From positions 1 to 64,000 of the forward strand of contig JAYTHY010000074.1 of NCBI GenBank assembly GCA_043732185.1: 64,000 nt of DNA. The letters are read 5' to 3'. This DNA is from Fibrobacteria bacterium (GTDB taxonomy: Bacteria; Fibrobacterota; Fibrobacteria; UBA11236). Below the pieces are notes generated by a model, which did no database searches, was not told where the DNA came from, and saw only the letters and a list, made by a program, of their open reading frames with translations. A program made the position numbers and the translations under genes. This document shows, piece after piece, positions 20,109 to 29,646 of this stretch (its first letter is position 1; every line of letters starts with the position of its first letter).

Positions 20109-20879
20109 CTAAATGGGCAAGCGGTTTATTTTTTCTAGCCCAGTAGAGACGGCTTGATGTAAGCTCTGAGCAAGTTCCTTTCTATCAAAACTTCGCACCG
20201 GTTCGCTGGAAAATTGAATGACGGCACTCATACCGGCCATACTGAAGAGTTGAATAAAATGGGGAAGCATGGTCATATCTCCCCACCAGCACATCGACTC
20301 AGAGGCCTTTATACAGCCCTGCGGAGCGATGTAGCGAATGGAAGCGCAATGAACCGGCATCCCTCGGTCGGCGGGATAGCACAATAAGGAGGAGCGAAAC
20401 GGAGCCACCTTCCGCCCATCTGTGCTCGTGCCTTCGGGGAAAAGCGCCAAGCTCCCGCTGGAAGAAAAATGCTTCTGAATCCGATCATTAACCCTTTTGT
20501 TATCTCGCATGGATTCTCGGTCAATGAAGAGTGTGCCTGAAAGTGTAGCCAAGGTTCCAAACAACGGCCATGAAGCCACTTCGGATTTTGCCACAAACGT
20601 GCACGGCAATTGGGACGCTATCAAAGGGATATCAAGATAGCCTAGATGATTGGTCACCAGAAAAAAAGGGTTTGTCGGCTTAGTGCCCTCCAGTGTGACT
20701 TTCAATCCTAGTAACCTTAGCGTTACCTTACTCCAAAGCATGCTATATCCAGCAGCAATTCTGGCCCTATTCGCCTTTGCGACCAATAGCCTCCGAAGGA
20801 TCCAAATAGAAATGACGAATCCTGACCAGACTAAGAAAAGCGCCAGACGGGCCCCGGTCGAGATTTTATTTCGTATCAA
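20109..20879 (-). CDS. Lyso-lipid O-acyltransferase (PlsC family), OlsA-like
   Basis: NHLGYLD (HX4D), FVAKSEV, FPEGT, CWWGDM; 4-nt overlap with olsB-like gene. Confidence 0.85.
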   Translation of the reverse strand: MIRNKISTGARLALFLVWSGFVISIWILRRLLVAKANRARIAAGYSMLWSKVTLRLLGLKVTLEGTKPTNPFFLVTNHLGYLDIPLIASQLPCTFVAKSEVASWPLFGTLATLSGTLFIDRESMRDNKRVNDRIQKHFSSSGSLALFPEGTSTDGRKVAPFRSSLLCYPADRGMPVHCASIRYIAPQGCIKASESMCWWGDMTMLPHFIQLFSMAGMSAVIQFSSEPVRSFDRKELAQSLHQAVSTGLEKINRLPI

Positions 20880-21766
20880 CCCAGCATTTTCCTAAACACA
20901 CCCTCCGGCATAGCATGGGTATCCAAAGCGACCAGGAAATCAATGGTTTTAAAGTGACGATCCAATGCGGGTTCGCCGCATACCAAGGCGCCCAAATTCA
21001 AATATCCTTCGAACAGTCTAGGTATCCGCGGGGTACCCGCACTCAAGATTTCGATAGGTTCCGCTACACAAGCGTAATCTGGTTTTGGCCATGCATAAAG
21101 GGTGGGATGAATCTGGTCCGCTTTCATTAGTTTTTCGTAAAGTGCAAGACCTTCAGACGGATCCTGGCTGGTCAGGGAACAACAGCCGAAAAGATGTCTT
21201 TTGCCATTCCAATCCATATACCGCGCTAAACCTCTCCAAAGCAATTGCAAAACCCTTCCATTCCGGTGTTCACGACCAATGCAAGCGCGACCTACTTCAA
21301 CGCAAACGTCCAAAAACGAATTCGGAAATTCTTCAAGGTAGAACTCTTGTTGGGAATAAAAACCCCGGTGCAATAAAGCCATGGCACCAGTTTGGATACG
21401 GTATGTTCCCACAACCGATCCACTGGAGCGGTGTATGACCATAAGGTGATGGCATTGCGAGTCGAACTCGTCTATGTCGCGACTGGTATCGAATGAAGAA
21501 TCCAAACCTTCTCCCAACTCCAGGTTATAAACTTCAAAGCGAAGCCTACAAACCGCGTCCAGGTCTTCACCACTCTTCGCGAAACGAAGGATATACTCCC
21601 CGGATTCCAGCGTGGTTGGTGGTATACCGCCGTGGTTCGAAGGATATTCACGGATAGGTAAAAGGGTTTCTTCTGGTTTTCTAACGAATCTGGATTGATT
21701 TGAGCGGTTAAAAACCGAATTTTCATAAACGGATTTTCCGATGACATTTGCGTTTATATTCTGCAT
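20876..21766 (-). CDS. GNAT amino-acid N-acyltransferase, OlsB-like (ornithine/aminolipid synthesis)
   Basis: RLRFEVYNLELG, DIDEFDSQCHHL, VVGTYR, EVGRACI, FGCCSL, GYLNLGA.VCGEPALD..FKTIDF. Confidence 0.85.
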   Translation of the reverse strand: MQNINANVIGKSVYENSVFNRSNQSRFVRKPEETLLPIREYPSNHGGIPPTTLESGEYILRFAKSGEDLDAVCRLRFEVYNLELGEGLDSSFDTSRDIDEFDSQCHHLMVIHRSSGSVVGTYRIQTGAMALLHRGFYSQQEFYLEEFPNSFLDVCVEVGRACIGREHRNGRVLQLLWRGLARYMDWNGKRHLFGCCSLTSQDPSEGLALYEKLMKADQIHPTLYAWPKPDYACVAEPIEILSAGTPRIPRLFEGYLNLGALVCGEPALDRHFKTIDFLVALDTHAMPEGVFRKMLG

Positions 21767-21825
21767 GCCAAACCTCTTTCTGGATACATGGCGTTCTGCC
21801 GGCAATCAATTTGTCGACATCAATA

Positions 21826-21859
21826 ATCTTAAGCCACGATTATTTCGAACCTATTTCAG
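21826..21859 (-). promoter_or_regulatory. Pho box plus -10 for olsBA-like operon
   Basis: Minus strand CTGAAAT-N4-TCGAAAT (21859-21842), 10 nt, TAAGAT (21831-21826); first unit overlaps the stop codon of the upstream gene. Confidence 0.7.
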
Positions 21860-23070
21860 TCCTTAATCAATTCTCTTCCATTAACATGATAATATCCGGA
21901 AGGAAGCCGAATTGTCATTTCTCCATTTTTCAAATCAATGCTTTTCCCTAATCGAATTGAGGGCTTGTCGCCGGAGCTTGCAGAATTTTTTTTAATTCCT
22001 ACTGCTCCAGCCCCGGCAACCTCAACTGAGTCGCGCAAAGTAGTGGGGGCCGTGGCAGCATCCAAAAAATATTTAGCATTTCCGTTATCTATATCATGTC
22101 CCTTACTCAATACATCAACTTTTCCGTTCGTATAAATATTTATTAAGGTGTATCCATGGTAGGCTGGTTTGGGACTAAGATTTGCGACCCAAGTGGATTC
22201 AACCTGACTACCGCCATTTCCGGCAATGATTTGCCAAGTTTTATTTGCATGAGGCTGAATTTTATCCCAGACATGCACGTGAGCAGCAAACATTGCCTCA
22301 CTCTGGTTGCTTTCTAAAACGCTCCAAAAGGCATCGCGATTTACGGGATATTTTGCCAGTCCGTCATTAAGTGTAGCTGTATTAATGCCAGGATAGGCTG
22401 GTTTATGTCCGATAAGAAAAATATGGCGGGCCCCATTTAACCTCGCTGTCGCTAAATCTGAGCCTACCCATAAAGTTGGAACACGCCAATCACGACCTAC
22501 GGGATCGGTATTCAACATTACAAAATGATCCCCTTTAAAATTGAATGAATAAGTCAGTTGACTTTGGTCGGTTTTCAAGGAATCTCCGTGAGTGGAATCA
22601 GCGGTCGGTCCATTGTTTCCAAGAATGTATGGCGCCATGATTTTTAGCCACGCGCTTTCATTATCCAAGAAAGAAAGCTTCCCAGCTTTTTTGTCTTGTG
22701 TTTCATGATTACCAGGAATTACGACTAGCTTGGTAGATTTACTAGCGAGGGGAGAGGCCTGATATAATTTAACCCACTCTCTTAATTGACGAGACACCTC
22801 TACTGTATCCTTAACATATCCTAAAATTAGATCACCTGCGATAAACAAATAGGAAGGTACTGGGTTTATATTAGAAACCTCTGAAAAGAGACGGTTTAAC
22901 GCTGGTACATTTGCTGTGCTTGGATTATTGACTGTATCTACATCATTTACGCGATTGCACCCAACAACCACAAAGGAATAGTCCAAGGTTTGACAAAATA
23001 TTTGAGTGGATAATATTCCCAATGCGATGGATAAAATTAAAAATAAGGTAAATGACGCGTGCTTCTTCAT
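21856..23070 (-). CDS. Secreted calcineurin-like metallophosphoesterase
   Basis: Signal peptide; AGDL, PGNHE, GHKP, AHVH motifs; short basic C-terminal tail; SD AAGGAG. Confidence 0.85.
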   Translation of the reverse strand: MKKHASFTLFLILSIALGILSTQIFCQTLDYSFVVVGCNRVNDVDTVNNPSTANVPALNRLFSEVSNINPVPSYLFIAGDLILGYVKDTVEVSRQLREWVKLYQASPLASKSTKLVVIPGNHETQDKKAGKLSFLDNESAWLKIMAPYILGNNGPTADSTHGDSLKTDQSQLTYSFNFKGDHFVMLNTDPVGRDWRVPTLWVGSDLATARLNGARHIFLIGHKPAYPGINTATLNDGLAKYPVNRDAFWSVLESNQSEAMFAAHVHVWDKIQPHANKTWQIIAGNGGSQVESTWVANLSPKPAYHGYTLINIYTNGKVDVLSKGHDIDNGNAKYFLDAATAPTTLRDSVEVAGAGAVGIKKNSASSGDKPSIRLGKSIDLKNGEMTIRLPSGYYHVNGRELIKD

Positions 23071-23240
23071 ACAAATCTCCTTTTATTTATGTTCATTCTC
23101 TGAGCGAGTAAAATCACCATTCAAAAATTCATTTCGATTTCAGTTGCATTACTGAATAAAATCAATCTTTAAACATTTAAACTATTGCGCACCTTTTTCA
23201 ATTACTCGAATAGGTTCAGCGCTTTCAGGCGCATAAATTC

Positions 23241-23285
23241 TGGTAATCGATATGAAACTTATTTGAAACAAGGCAACAGTAGATT
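23241..23285 (+). promoter_or_regulatory. Pho-box triple repeat plus -10 upstream of the phytase-like pseudogene
   Basis: TGGTAAT-N4-ATGAAAC-N4-TTGAAAC (23241-23269), 10 nt, TAGATT (23280-23285). Confidence 0.72.
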
Positions 23286-23352
23286 TTCTATCACGAAGCA
23301 TGCCTCCTCGTGTTTAAAATATCACTGTAAAATAAACCAGGAAAAAACGATC

Positions 23353-23756
23353 ATGATCAAATCAATAAAACTGCTGGGACTAATAACCATGGCCCATCTT
23401 GCGACCACCAGTTTCTGGTTTTAGAACGGGATGGCAAGGGCATGGGAGATGGATCCAGTGCCGTGACGAAACAAATCTGGGGTGTGGATTTAACCGGAGC
23501 ACTTAAAGCCTTTGGAATTCCCGACACCCAAATCCCCGCTAAATTGGAAGGCATGACCTTTGGAGCCGACGTCATTACTGCCGGAGTCGTTTACCATACC
23601 TTGTAAATCGCCAATGACAATGACCTTATTGCCCAGGACATTCAACCCGTACCCGAGCCCGGCACCTTGGGTTCAATGATATTCGGTCTATTTACTCTGG
23701 GTTTAGTTTTTAGACGCAAACTCACCTTAATCCAACCCAATCTGAAATCATCTTGA
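23353..23756 (+). pseudogene. Remnant of phytase-like esterase with PEP-CTERM sorting signal
   Basis: Signal-peptide stub MIKSIKLLGLITMAHL (23353), frameshift, then from 23403 DHQFLVLERDGKGMGDGSSAVTKQIWGVDLTGA..IPAKLEGMTFGAD..HTL*IANDND..VPEPGTLGSMIFGLFTLGLVFRRK; in-frame TAA at 23604. Confidence 0.8.
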
Positions 23757-23775
23757 AACATGGGGCGATTAATTT
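23742..23775 (+). promoter_or_regulatory. Pho box plus -10 for first ppk1
   Basis: CTGAAAT-N4-TTGAAAC (23742-23759), 10 nt, TAATTT (23770-23775). Confidence 0.72.
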
Positions 23776-23790
23776 TTCATTAAATTCGAG

Positions 23791-23830
23791 TTTGGCTTAG
23801 GTTGTCTCAGATTGCCCTAGGTTGCTTTAG
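23791..23830 (+). repeat. Four imperfect tandem decamers in the ppk1 leader
   Basis: TTTGGCTTAG / GTTGTCTCAG / ATTGCCCTAG / GTTGCTTTAG. Confidence 0.6.
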
Positions 23831-23860
23831 TTAGCCAAGATCGAATGGCGGAGATGGAAA

Positions 23861-26008
23861 ATGACGTCAGAAACGGAAGCGACTTGGCCTTTTCACGTTC
23901 ACTATATTGATCGTGATTTTTCTTGGCTAGCCTTCAATAGGCGGGTGCTTTCTGAAGCCCGCAACCACGAAAATCCGCTCCTGGAAAGATTGAAGTTTCT
24001 TTCCATAGTCGCCAATAACCTGGATGAATTTTTTGAAGTCCGCATTGCTGGATTATTACAAAAAGTGGAATCGGATGTTTCCACTGATGGTATTGCGCAT
24101 TTGGATTGTCGAGCCAAACTGAAAGGCTTGCTTCGAATAGTCCATGCGACCGTCGCCAACCAGTACCGTTGCTGGAATGATGAGATGATTCCCGATCTCA
24201 AGCGAAATGGAATCCATATCCTGTCTCCCGGCGACCTTAGCGACGAGCAAACCCAAGAACTGCGCAGTCGTTTCTTATCTGAAATTTATCCACTATTGAC
24301 CCCCATCAAGGTGGATCCGGCTCATCCCTTTCCTTGGGTTTTGAACAAGGCTCTCTGCCTAGGCGTTTGGCTAGAAGAATCGGATGGGCGAGGCCGAGGC
24401 AGTCTAGGCGTTTTAACCATCCCGCGTTGCTTACCTCGGGTATTGGCCCTCTCTGAAAAAGCCGGGAGCCATCAATTCATTTTCCTCTATGACCTCATCA
24501 AAATGTTCATGCAGGAATTGTTTCGTGGCTATCGGATTCATAGTATTGCCTGTTTCCGCGTGACTCGTAACAGCAATCTTTACGGTGCGGAGGATTTGGG
24601 AAACTTACTTGATACGGTAGAAGCCGTGGTGCATAATCGTCGTAAGGGTAATGTGGTCCGTTTGGAAATCGATGAGGACACACCTACCCGAATCCGCACA
24701 GCCTTGATGGAAAATTTCGGTTTGGATTCGGATCTGGTTTTCAGCGCGCCTGGACCCGTCAACCTGAATCGCCTCATGAGCCTTTATCAATTGCTTCCCA
24801 TTCCCGAGCTTAAGTTTCCCTTGCATATTCCCCGAGGTTTGCATCGAGGCGTCGAACCCCCGGATCTATTTGCCCGCATTCGGGACCGGGATATTCTGCT
24901 TCATCATCCTTTTGATGCCTTTGATCCCGTCACGGATTTTATCCGAAGCGCGGCTCGGGATCCTGATGTGCTCTGCATCAAACAAACCCTTTATCGGACC
25001 AGTGCGGAATCGCCGATCATGTTTGCATTGCTGGAAGCCGCGGAGCTAGGCAAAGAAGTGACCGCGGTTGTGGAACTTCAGGCCCGCTTTGATGAAAAAT
25101 CCAATATCCAATGGGCCCGCCAGCTTCAGGACAAAGGCGGCACCGTGGTCTATGGTTTGGTGGGACTGAAAACCCATTGCAAATTATCCTTGGTTTTACG
25201 GCGTGAACAGGGAAGCATGCGCGAATATGCCCATGTGGGAACAGGAAACTATCATCCGGAAACGGCCAAGCATTATACTGATTTGAGTTTGTTTACCGCC
25301 AATGCCGAATTGACCCATTCCATTTCCAATGTTTTTAATTTCCTCACCTCCCATTCCAAAACTCCTGATTTTCCAAATCTTTTGGTGGGCCCGGTGAATT
25401 TTTTGAAAGAGACACTTAGACTTATTCGAGTTGAAGTTGAGAATGCCAAAGCCGGAAAACCAGCCGGAATTACAGCCAAGATGAATGCACTAATCGATTC
25501 CGAAATCATCGACGCCTTGTACCAAGCCTCGGAAGCAGGTGTGCGAATTCGACTGGTTGTGCGAGGGATTTGCGCCCTGAAACCACGCATTCCAGACATG
25601 AGCGAGAATATCGAAGTAAAAAGTGTGATCGGGCGGTTTTTGGAACATAGCCGGATCTTCCGTTTTGAAAATGGGGGCAGCCCCAGGATTTATATTGGAA
25701 GCGGGGATTGGATGACACGAAACCTTCGGGAGAGAGTTGAGGTCTTGGTGCCGGTCTTTGATCCCGGCCACCGTACTCGACTGGAAAATATACTGAGTTT
25801 GTATTGGGCAGATAATACTCGGTCCCATCACTTACTTTCGAACGGAAACTATGCGAAAGTCAAAGTCAAAAGCGAAGAACTCCCCATTGATGCCCAGGCT
25901 TTGCTGCTGGTCAATGCGGATTTCCGACTAGATCCCGCCTTCGATCTTTTTCTAAACAGCCAAGTCAAAATCCCGGAATTGATGTTGGCTAACCCCGAAC
26001 TTCATTAG
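23861..26008 (+). CDS. ppk1: Polyphosphate kinase 1 (copy A)
   Basis: RDFSWLAFNRRVL, NLDEFFEVR, DPAHPFP, ARFDE, LKTHCK (phospho-His), RFLEHSR. Confidence 0.97.
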   Translation: MTSETEATWPFHVHYIDRDFSWLAFNRRVLSEARNHENPLLERLKFLSIVANNLDEFFEVRIAGLLQKVESDVSTDGIAHLDCRAKLKGLLRIVHATVANQYRCWNDEMIPDLKRNGIHILSPGDLSDEQTQELRSRFLSEIYPLLTPIKVDPAHPFPWVLNKALCLGVWLEESDGRGRGSLGVLTIPRCLPRVLALSEKAGSHQFIFLYDLIKMFMQELFRGYRIHSIACFRVTRNSNLYGAEDLGNLLDTVEAVVHNRRKGNVVRLEIDEDTPTRIRTALMENFGLDSDLVFSAPGPVNLNRLMSLYQLLPIPELKFPLHIPRGLHRGVEPPDLFARIRDRDILLHHPFDAFDPVTDFIRSAARDPDVLCIKQTLYRTSAESPIMFALLEAAELGKEVTAVVELQARFDEKSNIQWARQLQDKGGTVVYGLVGLKTHCKLSLVLRREQGSMREYAHVGTGNYHPETAKHYTDLSLFTANAELTHSISNVFNFLTSHSKTPDFPNLLVGPVNFLKETLRLIRVEVENAKAGKPAGITAKMNALIDSEIIDALYQASEAGVRIRLVVRGICALKPRIPDMSENIEVKSVIGRFLEHSRIFRFENGGSPRIYIGSGDWMTRNLRERVEVLVPVFDPGHRTRLENILSLYWADNTRSHHLLSNGNYAKVKVKSEELPIDAQALLLVNADFRLDPAFDLFLNSQVKIPELMLANPELH

Positions 26009-26046
26009 GAGCGAAATACCCATATAAACCTATATTTGTGGGCAAT

Positions 26047-26547
26047 ATGGAACTTCTTCTCATCCGCCATGGACTAGCCGGTAAGAAAAATTCGTCCAAG
26101 CACCCAAACGATGACCTGCGGCCTTTGAGTTCGAAGGGACGAAAATTATGCAAACGGGCCATGATTGGTTTAGCCGGGTTGGGAATCCGCCCCCAGGCCA
26201 TCCTTACCTCTCCGGCCTTGCGTTGTGTGGAAACGGCGAAGTTAGTCGCTCGGGAATTTGATCTAAATCCAAAAAAGACCCAGCACCTTCCGGCTCTTCA
26301 TCATAGCGTGGCCGCTTCAACGGCCCTTGGTAAACTTGCAAAGATGAACCTACCTAACTCGCTTATTCTTGTAGGCCATGAACCTTGGATTGGAGAAATT
26401 ATTTCCGTACTGATTTCGGGAAATGCCAAGGCCGGAATTGAGATGAGTAAAGGGGGCGCCGCCTTACTCAGGCTTGAGAGTTTGAAACCGGGACAGGGTC
26501 GACTAGAATGGCTCATGACCCAGGAGCAACTCGCGTCTCTAGCCTGA
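26047..26547 (+). CDS. sixA: SixA-like phosphohistidine phosphatase
   Basis: LIRHG, RPLS..G, TSPALRCVETA, LVGHEP. Confidence 0.88.
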   Translation: MELLLIRHGLAGKKNSSKHPNDDLRPLSSKGRKLCKRAMIGLAGLGIRPQAILTSPALRCVETAKLVAREFDLNPKKTQHLPALHHSVAASTALGKLAKMNLPNSLILVGHEPWIGEIISVLISGNAKAGIEMSKGGAALLRLESLKPGQGRLEWLMTQEQLASLA

Positions 26548-26579
26548 TTAGCCAGCCGGTTTTTTGTTACAATAGCAAC

Positions 26580-27554
26580 ATGCTCATCCGCATTATCGAC
26601 ATCGGCAGTAACTCCATAAAGTCCACCGTTTACGATGTCCAGAATCAGGACCACAAAGCCGTTTCCAAGGACAAACTGGCTTTTTCTATTGGAGAGGAAG
26701 TTTTTTCCCAAGGATCCATTTCCGAACACGCTCAGGATAAAATAGGCGCCTTCGTCCATGGGTTATCCGAATCAGCCGGTGGGGATAAAATTCATTTCAC
26801 CTTTGTACTGGCTACTTCAGCCGTTCGTTCCGCCAAGAACCGCGATGCCTTCACGCGAAAATTCCAGCAAAAAACCGGATTCCCGGTGCGCGTTTTGAGC
26901 GGTGAAGAAGAGAGTTATATCATTCATATGGGCATTGCCAGCAAGGCGGGTATTGGCCAGAACGATATCCTGAAAACGATTGATATTGGGGGAGGAAGCG
27001 CAGAAATCAGTTGCAGCCGCGGTTACGACTACCTTTTTGGCCATAGCTATGACCTAGGCGCCATTCGCCTAAGCCAACGGTTTCTTAAGGGTAAATCATT
27101 TTCACGCGAAGCCTTTGACCAAATTCAGGAATTGGCCCAGGAGGAGTTTCGGACACGTTTTGAAATCAAGTCCATGCCGGCAGCGCAATTGGCCATTGGC
27201 AGTTCCGGAAATATCCGCGCTATCGCCAAAATGGTCCAATGCGTGCGGGGTTTACCTTTTATAAAGCTGCTGCCCGAAATCACAACCGGCAGTCTGGAAG
27301 ATATCGCGGAAATCAGCCTGGGCAAATCTCACCAGGCCATCCAAAGTCTTTTTGATATCACTTTTGATCGCGCAAAAATCATCATGCCGGCCGTGGTTGT
27401 TCTGGGAACAGCCATGCGACACTTCGGTATTCCCCGATTGGCCGTCAGTGAAGCTGGTCTGCGAGAGGGCGCGGCTTTCTATTGGAGCCGCCATGGAAAT
27501 CTCTCCTTGCCCGTAAACGGATCGAGTTCCGAAGCCGGAGAGAAGCGCGGTTAG
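26580..27554 (+). CDS. ppx: Ppx/GppA-family exopolyphosphatase (short form, no HD domain)
   Basis: IDIGSNS, ATSAVR, LSGEEES, DIGGGSAE, GLREG; start moved to ATG 26580. Confidence 0.88.
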   Translation: MLIRIIDIGSNSIKSTVYDVQNQDHKAVSKDKLAFSIGEEVFSQGSISEHAQDKIGAFVHGLSESAGGDKIHFTFVLATSAVRSAKNRDAFTRKFQQKTGFPVRVLSGEEESYIIHMGIASKAGIGQNDILKTIDIGGGSAEISCSRGYDYLFGHSYDLGAIRLSQRFLKGKSFSREAFDQIQELAQEEFRTRFEIKSMPAAQLAIGSSGNIRAIAKMVQCVRGLPFIKLLPEITTGSLEDIAEISLGKSHQAIQSLFDITFDRAKIIMPAVVVLGTAMRHFGIPRLAVSEAGLREGAAFYWSRHGNLSLPVNGSSSEAGEKRG

Positions 27555-27567
27555 CGTTTGAATTGAA

Positions 27568-29646
27568 ATGGTAGAAGCGTCCGAATATGTGGGTAAAAAC
27601 GCATTCATCGACCGCGAATTTTCCTGGCTGAAATTTAATGGCCGCGTCCTTGAAGAAGCTTTAGACCCGGCCAATCCGTTACTGGAACGGATCAAATTTC
27701 TCGCCATCGTTGCCGGTAATCTCGATGAGTTTTTTGAAGTACGGGTATCCTCTTTACTTCAAAAAGTCGAATCTGGTTTGGCAGTAGATGGTATTGCCAG
27801 TCTGGATACGACGGCCAAGCTCGCTTCGGTGCTCAAGCTCTGCCAACAAACAGTGAAGCAACAATACCGATGTTGGAACCATGAATTCATACCACGACTC
27901 AAGGAAAACGGCGTATTTGTTGCATCCATGGCCGATCTTGGTCAGGATGATGAACGGTACCTGCATAATTACTTCAAAAAAGAAATCTACCCTCTTCTAA
28001 CCCCCATCAAAGTGGATCCAGCGCATCCGTTTCCTTGGGTCATAAATAAATCCCTGTGTTTGCTCGTACTCCTAAAAGGGGATCGCAAACAGGATGGTTG
28101 GGGCGTGATTACAATTCCCCGGAGCCTTCCACGTTTACTCAGTTTGCCATCCAAGGAAAAAACTTTTAGGTGCATTTTTATCCACGACGTCGTGCAGCAC
28201 TATATCAGTGAACTATTCAAGGGCTATATCATCAAGGGCTGTGCCCCATTTCGCGTCACTCGAAACAGCAACCTCTATCTCCAGGATGAAGAAGCGGGAA
28301 GCCTAATTGATGCTGTCGAAGCCGTGGTACACAATCGACGCAAAGGCGATGTTGTCCGACTTGAAATTCATAAATCCGCTTCCAAACGGATCGTGGACGC
28401 GCTCATCAAAACCTTCGACATTGATGGCACCGTGGTTTTTCGTATAGACGGTCCGATTAACCTAAATAACTTAGCCAGTCTGTATACCCTGATTCCGTTG
28501 GCAAACCTTAAATATCCACCCTTGCATCCCAGTCATGCAGCCCACTTTATGGACTATGAAGACCTTTTCCAGGAGCTCCGCCACCGCGATGTCCTGCTCC
28601 ACCATCCCTTCGATTCCTATGATCCGGTGGTTCGATTCATCCAAAGCGCTTCCGAAGATCCCAAGGTCCAGGTCCTTAAGCAAACCTTATATCGCACTAA
28701 TGAAGAATCGCCCATCATGTACGCCTTACTTGAGGCCGCGGAAAAAGGCAAGGAAGTGATTGCAGTAGTGGAGCTTAAAGCCCGCTTTGATGAAAAGTCC
28801 AATATCAGTTGGGCTCGCCAATTGGAAGAACAAGGGGTAACCGTAGTATTCGGATTGGTGGGTCTAAAAACGCATTGCAAACTTTCCTTGGCGATTCGTA
28901 AGGAAGGTATAGGTTTCGTCCAATACGCGCATATCGGCACTGGCAACTACAATCCCGAAACTGCGCGACGGTATACCGATTTAAGTTTGCTCACCAGCGA
29001 TCCTGAAATTACGGAAGGTGTTTCGGAAATCTTTAATTTCCTGACGGCTCAATCCCGCAGCCCGGATTTCAAAACCTTGCAAGTCGGCTCGGTTAATTAC
29101 TTGAGCGAAACCTTACGCCTTATCCGTCGTGAGCGAGACCATGCCGTGGCAGGAAAGCGGTCTGGCATTACGGCCAAGATGAATGCCTTATTTGACAAAG
29201 AGGTGATAGAGGCATTATACGAAGCGTCTCAGGCCGGAGTTGCCATACGCTTACTGGTAAGAGGTATTTGTGCATTACGACCCGGCGTCCGGGGTTTGAG
29301 TGACAATATCCAGGTGAAAAGCATAGTCGGGCGCTTTCTAGAACATAGCCGCATTTACCATTTCGAAAACGAGGGCGCACCAACCGTATTTATTGGAAGT
29401 GGGGATTGGATGGAAAGAAACTTGCGTGAACGCGTGGAAGCTACTATTCCAATTAAAGATTTGAATTTCATCCGAAAGATTGAAGAAATCCTGAACATCT
29501 ACTGGGCCGACAATGCCAAAGCCCGGGTTATGCGGGCCGATGGGAGCTATGTACGAGCAACTCTACCGCCTCGGGAGGCCGTCATCAATGCCCAGGAATG
29601 GTTTGTTCGTCGAACGGAAAATCCTGACCATCCAAAACTCCCCTAA
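27568..29646 (+). CDS. ppk1: Polyphosphate kinase 1 (copy B)
   Basis: REFSWLKFNGRVL, DPAHPFP, LKARFDE, LKTHCK, RFLEHSR. Confidence 0.97.
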   Translation: MVEASEYVGKNAFIDREFSWLKFNGRVLEEALDPANPLLERIKFLAIVAGNLDEFFEVRVSSLLQKVESGLAVDGIASLDTTAKLASVLKLCQQTVKQQYRCWNHEFIPRLKENGVFVASMADLGQDDERYLHNYFKKEIYPLLTPIKVDPAHPFPWVINKSLCLLVLLKGDRKQDGWGVITIPRSLPRLLSLPSKEKTFRCIFIHDVVQHYISELFKGYIIKGCAPFRVTRNSNLYLQDEEAGSLIDAVEAVVHNRRKGDVVRLEIHKSASKRIVDALIKTFDIDGTVVFRIDGPINLNNLASLYTLIPLANLKYPPLHPSHAAHFMDYEDLFQELRHRDVLLHHPFDSYDPVVRFIQSASEDPKVQVLKQTLYRTNEESPIMYALLEAAEKGKEVIAVVELKARFDEKSNISWARQLEEQGVTVVFGLVGLKTHCKLSLAIRKEGIGFVQYAHIGTGNYNPETARRYTDLSLLTSDPEITEGVSEIFNFLTAQSRSPDFKTLQVGSVNYLSETLRLIRRERDHAVAGKRSGITAKMNALFDKEVIEALYEASQAGVAIRLLVRGICALRPGVRGLSDNIQVKSIVGRFLEHSRIYHFENEGAPTVFIGSGDWMERNLRERVEATIPIKDLNFIRKIEEILNIYWADNAKARVMRADGSYVRATLPPREAVINAQEWFVRRTENPDHPKLP

